Below are positions 1-8,532 of a stretch of DNA of 64,000 bases, in pieces. The notes beneath the pieces were generated by a model, which worked only from the letters and a program-made list of their open reading frames with translations, did no database searches and was not told where the DNA came from. The stretch spans positions 80-64,079 of the forward strand of contig JAEDFV010000001.1 of the NCBI GenBank assembly GCA_016297845.1. Reading direction: 5' to 3'. Source of the DNA: Clostridia bacterium (lineage in GTDB: Bacteria; Bacillota; Clostridia; Christensenellales; UBA1242). The translations under genes and the position numbers were made by a program. Positions within the stretch are counted from its first letter, which is position 1, and the number at the start of each line of letters is the position of its first letter.

Positions 1-5
1 TGCAC

Positions 6-81
6 TGGTCGGGGTGAAGAGACTCGAACTCCCGGCCCCATGGTCCCAAACCACGTGCGCTACCAACTGCGCTACACCCCG
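6..81 (-). tRNA. tRNA-Pro (anticodon UGG)
   Basis: Minus-strand 76-nt cloverleaf. Acceptor is CGGGGTG / CACCCCG plus A-CCA (CCA encoded). Anticodon stem CGTGG/CCATG with loop TTTGGGA (anticodon TGG). T-loop TTCGAGT. Confidence 0.9.
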
Positions 82-99
82 TTACATAACAGCAAGTGT

Positions 100-128
100 A
101 TGATACACTATTTTTTAATTTGTGTCAA
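100..128 (-). promoter_or_regulatory. sigma-A type promoter for tRNA-Pro
   Basis: Minus strand TTGACA (128-123), 17-nt spacer, TATCAT (105-100). It lies a short distance upstream of the tRNA 5' end at 81. Confidence 0.4.
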
Positions 129-151
129 CAATTTTTCATAAAAATTTCATG

Positions 152-1366
152 TTATTTTTCTTCAATCAAATCCAAAGCAAGAAGTTTAATCTGCTCATAA
201 GTTAACCCGCCCTGGAAATATGCAATATATGGGGGTTTAACAGGACCATCACAAGAAAGTTCAATGGAAGCGCCTGAAACAAAAGTTCCCGCCGCCATTA
301 TAACAGGGTCAGTATAACCAGGCATGTCCCAAGGCATTGGAACAACATGGCTGTCAATTGGAGAAAATTTTTGAATTTTTTGAACAAAAGACACCATTTC
401 ATCTGCGGAGTTTAGTTTAATAGATTTTATTATATCTCCTGCATTTTCGTCAGATGATGGCATGATTTCTGCGCCTTTTGACTTCATAACTTCGCCAATT
501 AAGTAGCAACCTTTTATTGCTTCTTTAACAACATGTGGAGCCAAGAAAAAGCCTTGGAAGAACTCACGATATCCGCGTTCATATGAACCAACTTCGGTTT
601 TTAAAGATGGAGATGTAAGACGCGTTGAAACAAGGTCAATTGCCTTTTCTGACCCAGCCAAATATGCACCAGTTGAAGCAAGTCCACCACCTGGGTTTTT
701 AATAAGCGAACCAACAATTAAATCTGCTCCAACATCTGTTGGTTCAAGTTTTTCAACAAATTCCCCATAACAATTGTCAACAACAACAAAACTGTTTGGG
801 CTTTCTCTTTTTGATATTTGGACAATTTTTTCTATCTCAGAAATTGAAAGTGCATTTCTCCACGCATATCCCCTTGAACGTTGAAGATAAACCATTTTAG
901 GTTTCAAATTCTTAATTTGCTTTTCAATTTCTTCATAATTTAATCTTCCATCTTGAAAGTCAATTTGTTTAAAATGAACACCAAAATCTTTCAAACTTCC
1001 TGTGTCTTCATCTGTTCCAAAAATTGTTTCATCAAGTGTGTCATATGGTTTACCAGTTACAGACAACATTATATCACCAGGTCTTAAAATGCCAAATAAA
1101 GCAATAGTAAGTGCATGCGAACCACAAGTTATGTTTGGAGAAACGATTGCTTTTTCAGCACCGAATGTTTTTGCAAAAACTCTTCCAAGAACCTCACGCC
1201 CTTGGTCATCATAACCATAGCCACTTGTACCGTAAAAATGATTTACGCTAACTTTGTTTTCTTGAAAAGCTTTCAAAACTTTTTTTTGATTGTATAAAGC
1301 AATTTCATCAAGTCTTTCAAACATTGTTTCAAGTTTTTTTTCATATTGTTTTATATCAGCATTCAT
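152..1366 (-). CDS. ynbB: PLP-dependent methionine gamma-lyase family protein (aluminium-resistance / YnbB family)
   Basis: 404-aa ORF. N-terminus (YGTSGYGYDDQGREVLGRVFAKTFGAEKAIV...GSHAL) matches my recollection of the YnbB/Met_gamma_lyase family. Its position downstream of miaA is typical of Firmicutes. Overlaps the miaA stop by 11 nt. Confidence 0.75.
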   Translation of the reverse strand: MNADIKQYEKKLETMFERLDEIALYNQKKVLKAFQENKVSVNHFYGTSGYGYDDQGREVLGRVFAKTFGAEKAIVSPNITCGSHALTIALFGILRPGDIMLSVTGKPYDTLDETIFGTDEDTGSLKDFGVHFKQIDFQDGRLNYEEIEKQIKNLKPKMVYLQRSRGYAWRNALSISEIEKIVQISKRESPNSFVVVDNCYGEFVEKLEPTDVGADLIVGSLIKNPGGGLASTGAYLAGSEKAIDLVSTRLTSPSLKTEVGSYERGYREFFQGFFLAPHVVKEAIKGCYLIGEVMKSKGAEIMPSSDENAGDIIKSIKLNSADEMVSFVQKIQKFSPIDSHVVPMPWDMPGYTDPVIMAAGTFVSGASIELSCDGPVKPPYIAYFQGGLTYEQIKLLALDLIEEK

Positions 1367-2246
1367 TTAACACCTCTAAAATTTTTTGCGTTGCACAACT
1401 TGCATCTACCCAAATTAAGTCTTTCATACCTCTCATGAAAGTAAGTTGTCTCTTTGCATAATTTCTTGTTTTTCGTTTTATAAGTTCTTTTATTTCATCA
1501 ACTGAATTTCCATTTTCTAAGCCTGAAATAACTTCCTTATAACCAATTCCTTGCATGCTTTGTGCATCTTTTTTTACGCCACTATCCATGAGTTTTTTAA
1601 CTTCTTCAATGAGACCATCATTAAACATTTTTTCTGTTCTTTTGTTTATGTTGTCGTAAATTTTTTCTCGCTCTGCACTAAGTCCAAAAATTATATATTG
1701 ATAATTATCTTCTTTTTCATTTACAATTTCTTTTTTGTTTTCTTCAATTTCAAGTGCTCTTATAACCCGTTTTGTGTCATTTTTTTCTATCTTTTCAGCA
1801 CGACTAGGATTTTTTTCTTTTAAGAGATTGTATAAAAAATCTTTTCCTTTTTCTTTCAAAACAATTTCATATTTCTTTCTGATTTCGTCGCTCTTTCCCG
1901 CATTTCCAAAATCAAAATTATTTTTCAATGCATTTATATATAGTCCAGTTCCACCAACAATTATTGGAACTTTTTTCCTTGAAATAATATCCTTTATTTT
2001 CTCTCTTGCCAAAACGACATAATCTCCAACACTAAATTGGTCACTAGGTTCAATTATATCAATCAAATGATGCTTGATTCCGTCCATTTCATCACAACTG
2101 ATTTTAGCAGTTCCAACATCAAGTCCCTTGTATATTTGCATACTGTCGCATGAAATAATTTCACCGTTTAATTCTTTTGCCAAATTAACTGCGGTTTTAG
2201 ATTTTCCTATTCCTGTTGGACCAAAAATTACAATTACTTTTTCCAT
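1356..2246 (-). CDS. miaA: tRNA dimethylallyltransferase
   Basis: 296 aa. P-loop GPTGIGKS, then SCDSMQIYKGLDVGTAK and GGTGLY motifs. mutL-miaA synteny. Confidence 0.9.
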   Translation of the reverse strand: MEKVIVIFGPTGIGKSKTAVNLAKELNGEIISCDSMQIYKGLDVGTAKISCDEMDGIKHHLIDIIEPSDQFSVGDYVVLAREKIKDIISRKKVPIIVGGTGLYINALKNNFDFGNAGKSDEIRKKYEIVLKEKGKDFLYNLLKEKNPSRAEKIEKNDTKRVIRALEIEENKKEIVNEKEDNYQYIIFGLSAEREKIYDNINKRTEKMFNDGLIEEVKKLMDSGVKKDAQSMQGIGYKEVISGLENGNSVDEIKELIKRKTRNYAKRQLTFMRGMKDLIWVDASCATQKILEVLNEC

Positions 2247-2248
2247 AT

Positions 2249-4099
2249 TTAAACAATTCTTTTAAACCATTTTTCAATTTCTGTTTTTGAAAATTGAAGG
2301 ACAATTGGTCTGCCATGTGGACAAAGAAGTACATTTCCATTTTCCTTAAAGGAATCTAATAGAAAATTTATTTCACTGTCAGAAAGTTTGTCCCCTGCTT
2401 TAATTGCTGACCTGCAAGCTTGTTTTGCAATTTTTTCTTTAAAGAAATCAACAAATTTTTTTTGAACTTCGTTTATGTCAGACAAAATGTTTTCAAAAAA
2501 ATCTTTCAAATTTATTTCACTTAGCAAAACAGGAACAGCAGAAATCTTGAAAGAATTTTCGCCAAATTCAGATATATCAATTCCATATTCTCGGAAAAGT
2601 TCCAAATTATTTTCTAAAAATTCCGTTTCCTTCAAATTTGTATTAAATACATAAGGGAAAAGCAAATCTTGACAAGCGAGATTGTTTCCTTTTATTTGTT
2701 TTGTAAACTTATCATAAAGTTGTCTTTCATGCCCTGCGTGTTGGTCAATAATTAATAATGAATCACCTTTTTCGCAAAGTATATATGTGTTAAACAAAAC
2801 ACCAATAATATGATAATCTTCAAACAAAATTTTGTTTTTGTTTTCAACGATTTCTCTGTTTAAACTTTCAACTTTCGTATCATTTGCTGGAACAATAACT
2901 TCTTCTAGTTTTATTTGTGAAATCTCAACCTTGGATTTTTCATTGTTTTCTTTTATTTTTTCATTCAAAATATCAACCAGAGGACTATATTCACTTTTGA
3001 AACAATTTTTTTCTTTTTGTCCGTTCATGATTGTTTCAAGCAAACTTTTTGTGTCAAAAACTGGTTCTCTTACACTGTTCTCTTTTTGTATTTCTGCAGT
3101 TTTGTCTTGCACATAATTTGCTTCAGAAACAGCTTTAAATATTGCAGTGTTAACAATGCCATATATCCTATTCGGATTTTCAAATTTAACTTCCTGTTTT
3201 GAAGGATGAACATTAACATCAACACTTTCAAATGGCAAATTAATATTAAGAGCAAACAGAGGAAATTTTCCTTTCATTATGTAGTTTTCAACTGCATCTT
3301 GTACAGCAGATGAAATCATATAATTTGAAACAACTCTCCCATTTACAAAGATAGTTTGATATGTTCTGTTTGCTTTGCAAAGCGTAGGACGAGCAATAAA
3401 TCCATAAACTGAGACATCATTACTATCATATTTTACTTCCAAAAGGTTATCATAAACTTCTTTTCCATATATTATATACATTGCCTCTGCAAGACCATTT
3501 CCAAACGTGTTGTAAATAATTTTATCATCAACAATATATCGAAAAGAAATTTGAGGATTTGCTAAGATAAATTTAGCCATTAAATTAGTTATTTCACCTT
3601 CTTCGGATTTTGGTTTTTTCAAAAACTTTAATCGAGCAGGAGTGTTAAAAAACAAATCTGAAACAATAATTTTAGTCCCGTTGTCAAAACCAATTTCTTT
3701 CTTATTGCCGTATTTCCCACCTTCAATTTTAAGATTCATTCCAAATTCGTTATTTTCAGTTTTTGAAATCAATTCAACTCGACTCACTGATGCTATGCTG
3801 GCAAGTGCTTCTCCGCGAAAACCGAGAGAGGAAATTGTTTCAAGGTCTTTTGCATCTTTTATTTTGCTTGTCGCATGTGGCAAAAACGCACTCTCAATAT
3901 CTTCTGGTTCAATTCCACAACCATTGTCAGTTACCACTATTTTCTTTATTCCACCATCAAAAACTTCAACGGTTATTTTTGTTGCCCCGCCATCTATACT
4001 GTTTTCAACAAGTTCTTTAACCACACTTGCTGGTCTTTCAACAACTTCACCAGCAGAAATTTTATTGTAAATTTCACTTGGCAAAACATTAATTTTCAT
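2249..4099 (-). CDS. mutL: DNA mismatch repair protein MutL
   Basis: 616 aa. GHKL ATPase N-terminus ([33 protein letters not shown]). C-terminal dimerisation region (QHAGHER, CPHGRP). SD GAGGAAG overlaps the mutS stop. Confidence 0.95.
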   Translation of the reverse strand: [616 protein letters not shown]

Positions 4100-4106
4100 T
4101 TCTTCC

Positions 4107-6695
4107 TCACTTAACTTTTTCTATTAAATCGTTTAATATCTCAAAAGCATGCACTGGCGAAACAGAATTTATATCTATATCTTTTAACATATCAATAATT
4201 TCTTTACTTTTTTCATCATACGAATCGTTTTGATTCGTTTCTTTTATTTTATTGTTTATATCCGCCAATTCCAAACTCTTGCTAATTTCTTTTGCTCTTT
4301 CAATAACTTGACAAGGAAGCCCAGCAAGTTTTGCAACAGCAATTCCAAAGCTTTTGTTTGCTCCGCCACGCGCAATTTTTCTCAAGAAAATCACTTCATC
4401 ATTAAATTCTTTTACAGTTATTCTATAGTTCTTAACACCTGGAAGAACATTTTCAAGTTCTGTAAGTTCATGATAATGTGTAGAAAAGAGCGTCTTCATT
4501 TTCATGTTCTTGCTTATATGTTCCATGACTGCCCACGCAATGCTAAGCCCATCAAAAGTTGAAGTCCCTCGCCCAATTTCGTCAAGAAGTGCAAGACTTC
4601 GTTCTGTTGCGTTCTTTAAAATATTTGCAACTTCAACCATTTCAACCATGAATGTTGATTGTCCAAAAGCAACATCATCACTCGCACCAATTCGTGTGAA
4701 TATTTTGTCTGTTATAGAAATTTCTGCAGATTTTGCTGGAACAAATAATCCAACATGAGCCATGAGCACAATGAGTGCAACTTGACGCATATAGGTGCTT
4801 TTCCCAGCCATATTAGGCCCAGTTATAATCATTGCTCTGTCAGTATCACAATCCAAATATGTATCATTAGCAACAAATGTTTCGTTTCGATTTATTTCTT
4901 CAACAACTGGGTGTCTTCCAGCTTCAATCTTAATATGATTGATTTTTTTACTTATTATAGGTTTGCAATAGTTATTCTTGACAGCAAGAATTGAGCCACT
5001 TAATAAACAATCAAGTTCAGCCAAAATTTTAGACACATTTTGAATTCTCTTTATATTATCTAAAAGAAATTCACGAATTTTCCCAAAAAGTTCAATTTCA
5101 AGTTTTTGAGCATTTTCTTTTGCATTTTCAACTTTTTCTTCAATCATTTTGAGTTCTTCTGTTATATATCTCTCATTGTTTGCAACAGTTTGTTTTCGTT
5201 GATATCTGTATGGAACCATTCCAGAGAGAGATTTATTAACTTCAATAAAAAACCCAAAAACTTTGTTATATGACACTCTTAAATTTTTTATGCCAGTCAA
5301 TTCTCTTTCTTTTGCTTCAAGTTCAGATAGCCATGACGTTGCCATTTCTTTCGCATTTTTATAGTCGTCAAGTTCTTTACTATACCCTGCTTTAATTACA
5401 TCTCCGTCACGAACTAATGCTGGAGCGTCTTCAGAAATTGTTTTTTCCAAAAGGTCATGGATATCATTTAATTCATCAAAGTTTTTTCCAAAGCCTTTCA
5501 ATTTCTTGCAATTAAAATTTTCCAAAAGTTTGTGTAAACTTGGAAGCTGTGAAGCAGTTGTTTTAAGAGATAAAGCATCTTTTGGATTAAAGTTTCCATA
5601 TGCAATTCGCCCAGCAATTCGTTCAATATCAGAAATGTTTTGTAATAGTTTTTTCATTTCTTCACGAACAATCATATTTTTTGTTATCTCTTCAACTGCA
5701 TCAAGTCTGTCATTAATTTCTATCTCATTTTGTAAAGGACTTGATAACCAATTTCGAAGAAGTCTTCCACCCATACACGTTGAAGTGTGGTCAATGACAG
5801 AAAGAAGCGAGCCACGTTTTTTATGGTCTCGAATTGTTTCTGTAATCTCCAAATTGCGTCTTGTCGCATTGTCAATCTGAAGAAAATTATTTGGAGATAA
5901 AACCCTAATTTCGTTGATTTGTTCCAATCCTCTTTTTTGAGTTTCTTTCATATAAGAAACGAGAGCTCCTCCAGCAACAACACCAACACTTAAATATGAA
6001 ATGTCACTTTCATTATAATTTTCTTTGAACTGTCCTTTCAAAAGTTGTTTTGCTCTTATTTCGTCAATTTGATTGTCATCAAACTTTCCAATGTAACTTA
6101 CATTTCTTGCTTTAAGAAATGTCAAATTGCCAATTTGTTGCAATCCATTTTCGTTACAAAAAATTTCCGATGGCAAAATACTTGTTAATATAGAATCCAA
6201 AGTTTCAAGCGCTTTGTTTTTTTCTCCTTCAATCTCTTGAATATTAAACTCGCCAGTCGACACATCGCAACACGCAATTCCTATCTTGAATTCGTCTGAA
6301 CCATTAATATCCAAACAGACAATATAGTTATTTTTCAGTTTGTCAAGCATTGTTTCGTCCATTAAAATACCAGGCGTAACAACACGAACAACATCACGTT
6401 TTACAAGTTGTCCTTTCTTTGGCTCAGTAAGTTGTTCACATATTGCAACTTTGTAACCATTTTCAACAAGTTTTGCCAAATATTGGTCAACTGCATGGAA
6501 AGGGACTCCGCACATTGGAGCTCTTTGTTCAAGTCCACAACTTTTGCCCGTTAATGTCAAATCCAAAACTTTTGATGCTTCAACTGCATCTTCAAAAAAC
6601 ATTTCATAAAAATCGCCTAATCTATAAAAGATTATGCAATCTGGATATTTTTCTTTAATTTCAAGATAATGTTTCATCATTTCAGTTAGCGCCAT
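4107..6695 (-). CDS. mutS: DNA mismatch repair protein MutS
   Basis: 862 aa. N-terminal mismatch-binding motif (TPMMKHYLEIK-like, FYRLGDFYEMFFEDA). Walker A GPNMAGKST. STHYHEL motif. Ends on TGA. Confidence 0.95.
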   Translation of the reverse strand: MALTEMMKHYLEIKEKYPDCIIFYRLGDFYEMFFEDAVEASKVLDLTLTGKSCGLEQRAPMCGVPFHAVDQYLAKLVENGYKVAICEQLTEPKKGQLVKRDVVRVVTPGILMDETMLDKLKNNYIVCLDINGSDEFKIGIACCDVSTGEFNIQEIEGEKNKALETLDSILTSILPSEIFCNENGLQQIGNLTFLKARNVSYIGKFDDNQIDEIRAKQLLKGQFKENYNESDISYLSVGVVAGGALVSYMKETQKRGLEQINEIRVLSPNNFLQIDNATRRNLEITETIRDHKKRGSLLSVIDHTSTCMGGRLLRNWLSSPLQNEIEINDRLDAVEEITKNMIVREEMKKLLQNISDIERIAGRIAYGNFNPKDALSLKTTASQLPSLHKLLENFNCKKLKGFGKNFDELNDIHDLLEKTISEDAPALVRDGDVIKAGYSKELDDYKNAKEMATSWLSELEAKERELTGIKNLRVSYNKVFGFFIEVNKSLSGMVPYRYQRKQTVANNERYITEELKMIEEKVENAKENAQKLEIELFGKIREFLLDNIKRIQNVSKILAELDCLLSGSILAVKNNYCKPIISKKINHIKIEAGRHPVVEEINRNETFVANDTYLDCDTDRAMIITGPNMAGKSTYMRQVALIVLMAHVGLFVPAKSAEISITDKIFTRIGASDDVAFGQSTFMVEMVEVANILKNATERSLALLDEIGRGTSTFDGLSIAWAVMEHISKNMKMKTLFSTHYHELTELENVLPGVKNYRITVKEFNDEVIFLRKIARGGANKSFGIAVAKLAGLPCQVIERAKEISKSLELADINNKIKETNQNDSYDEKSKEIIDMLKDIDINSVSPVHAFEILNDLIEKVK

Positions 6696-6719
6696 GATTT
6701 TCTCCTATGTACCTTAGTG

Positions 6720-6747
6720 ATTTTATCATAAAACAAAAAGTTTTCAA
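6720..6747 (-). promoter_or_regulatory. candidate mutS promoter
   Basis: Minus strand TTGAAA (6747-6742), 16-nt spacer, TG-extended TAAAAT (6725-6720). Confidence 0.35.
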
Positions 6748-6771
6748 AAAAAACAAAGCATATTGCTTTGT
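6745..6771 (-). terminator. rho-independent terminator after the 153-aa ORF
   Basis: Stem ACAAAGCA / TGCTTTGT (6753-6760 / 6764-6771) with a 3-nt loop, followed on the minus strand by a T8 run. Confidence 0.6.
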
Positions 6772-6781
6772 ATTTTCATAA

Positions 6782-7243
6782 TTAGATTTCTCTATCCATT
6801 TTGTCAACTCTAAGTTTAGTTGCAACTACAACTTTATCCATGTTTTCATCAAGTTTTTTTCTTTTAAGCACTGCTTTTGTTTCAAAAATCAATTTTTTGA
6901 TAGGACTAAAAACATATTCGTTAACAAAAGCTGTTCCAATTGTGCCAACACTTAAAACACTTTTTTGAATTTCAGGAGCAACTTGAGAATCTCCTATTGT
7001 CATTGCAAGTCCAGCAACAAAAGTGCCAACAGCAACAACACCTGCTGTAAGAATTGCACCCATCTTCAACTTTTTGTCGTTTTGAATGTCGCTTTCCAAA
7101 AATGAACATGGATATTGATATTTTTCAACATCTTCTTTAATTTTTGTGTTTTCACGTTCTAAGTCTGCAATTTTGCTGTTAATTTCTTTCGTTGACAATT
7201 TTTCAAATTCTTTTTTTAACATTTCTCTTTTTTTCGTATACAT
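6782..7243 (-). CDS. hypothetical membrane protein (N-terminal coiled coil, central hydrophobic helices)
   Basis: 153-aa ORF with SD GGAGAG 7 nt upstream. Hydrophobic stretch GAILTAGVVAVGTFVAGLAMTIG. I recognise no family. Confidence 0.55.
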   Translation of the reverse strand: MYTKKREMLKKEFEKLSTKEINSKIADLERENTKIKEDVEKYQYPCSFLESDIQNDKKLKMGAILTAGVVAVGTFVAGLAMTIGDSQVAPEIQKSVLSVGTIGTAFVNEYVFSPIKKLIFETKAVLKRKKLDENMDKVVVATKLRVDKMDREI

Positions 7244-7306
7244 AATTCACTCTCCATAAATAATAGCAGTAATATTTATATATGAAGAAAGAGGAAAAGT
7301 CAATAC

Positions 7307-8449
7307 TTATTTTTTCATTTTTTTTTGAATTTCGAAAATTTTGTTAACTCTGTAATTCTTTGTTTCCAAAGGAATTTGGTCGTCCATCTTTTCTGCAACT
7401 GTTCCGTGTCTTGGAGAATACATAAAAGCAAAAATGCCGTCATATTTAACTTTTTTTATAAGGTCACATGTTGCCAAAAAATCCTCTTCTGTTTCCCCAG
7501 GAAATCCAACAATTAAATCAGTGGTTAGTCGAATGTTCGGAACAAGTTTTCTGATTTTTTCTACTTTCTCCAAATAGTTTTCAACTGTATATTTTCTATT
7601 CATTAGATGTAAAATTTTGTTTGAACCAGATTGAACTGGAAGATGCAACTCTTTTGCAATTTTTTCTTCGTTTGCAATCTCATTAATTACTTCATCATTT
7701 ATGTCTTTTGGGTGTGATGTCATAAATGCAAGCTCAAAATTTCCTTCAAGTTTGCATATATCTTTTAAAAGATTAGCAAATGTATAATCGGTATATTTAT
7801 CTTTTCCATATGAATTTACGTTTTGTCCAAGTAATGTAATTCTAATTTTTTCAACGGAATTTTCATTTTCTTTTAAAATATCTCTTATTTCATCTAATAT
7901 ATTTTCTTTATCTCTGCTTCTTTCACGTCCACGAACATAAGGAACAATACAGTATGAGCAGAAATTATTGCACCCATAAATTATATTAACCCAAAAATTT
8001 TTTCCACTTGTTCTTGCAATTGGAAGATTTTCAATTATGTAATCGTTTTCTTCAATTTCATTAATTCTTTTCTTTTTGTTATCTTGCCTGCATTTCAAAA
8101 TATCTTTTATGAAATTTTCAAATTTTTCAAGATTTTTTGTTCCAAAAATTATATCAATAAAAGGAAATGTTTTATATAGTTTTTCACTTTCTTCCTTTTG
8201 TTGAGTCATGCAACCACATACTGCAATTATCTTTTCAGGATGTTCTCGTTTAAGTTTTTTAAGTGCCCCAATGTTTCCAATTGCTCTGTCTTCTGCACCT
8301 TCGCGAATTGCACAAGTGTTAAACACAATTATGTCTGCGTCTTCAATTTTTTCGCATGGAAAAGCACCGAGGTTTTCCAAAGCCCCAGCAAGTTTTTCAG
8401 ATTCGTGGACATTCATTTGACATCCAAAAGTAGTAATAAAATATTTCAT
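7307..8449 (-). CDS. miaB: MiaB-like radical-SAM methylthiotransferase, lacking the C-terminal TRAM domain
   Basis: MTTase N-domain (TFGCQMNVHESE, FNTCAIRE, VCGCM). Radical SAM CxxxCxxC (GCNNFCSYCIVPYVRG). Ends about 15 aa after the YSPRHGTVA motif. Start set at ATG 8449 (MKYFITTFGCQMN) rather than the TTG at 8497. Confidence 0.8.
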   Translation of the reverse strand: MKYFITTFGCQMNVHESEKLAGALENLGAFPCEKIEDADIIVFNTCAIREGAEDRAIGNIGALKKLKREHPEKIIAVCGCMTQQKEESEKLYKTFPFIDIIFGTKNLEKFENFIKDILKCRQDNKKKRINEIEENDYIIENLPIARTSGKNFWVNIIYGCNNFCSYCIVPYVRGRERSRDKENILDEIRDILKENENSVEKIRITLLGQNVNSYGKDKYTDYTFANLLKDICKLEGNFELAFMTSHPKDINDEVINEIANEEKIAKELHLPVQSGSNKILHLMNRKYTVENYLEKVEKIRKLVPNIRLTTDLIVGFPGETEEDFLATCDLIKKVKYDGIFAFMYSPRHGTVAEKMDDQIPLETKNYRVNKIFEIQKKMKK

Positions 8450-8456
8450 AGTTTGG

Positions 8457-8485
8457 ATTATACATTCTTTTGTCGAAAAAAACAA
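8457..8485 (-). promoter_or_regulatory. candidate promoter giving a leaderless miaB mRNA
   Basis: Minus strand TTGTTT (8485-8480), 17-nt spacer, TATAAT (8462-8457), then 7 nt to ATG at 8449. No Shine-Dalgarno. Confidence 0.4.
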
Positions 8486-8493
8486 GAAGAACA

Positions 8494-8526
8494 ACAAAAA
8501 AACACACTGAAAATTTCAATGTGTTT
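8494..8526 (-). terminator. rho-independent terminator after rpoC
   Basis: Minus strand stem ACACATTGA / TCAGTGTGT (one G-U pair), followed by a T7 run. Begins 7 nt after the rpoC stop. Confidence 0.6.
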
Positions 8527-8532
8527 TTCTTA

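Noticed and set aside
3642-4070. 142-aa + strand ORF inside mutL (and similar shadow ORFs at 5506-5880, 12552-12917 and 35907-36251)
   Set aside because: These are antisense shadows of well-conserved or long genes. They have low-complexity S/F/L-rich products, no translation signals and no recognisable motifs.
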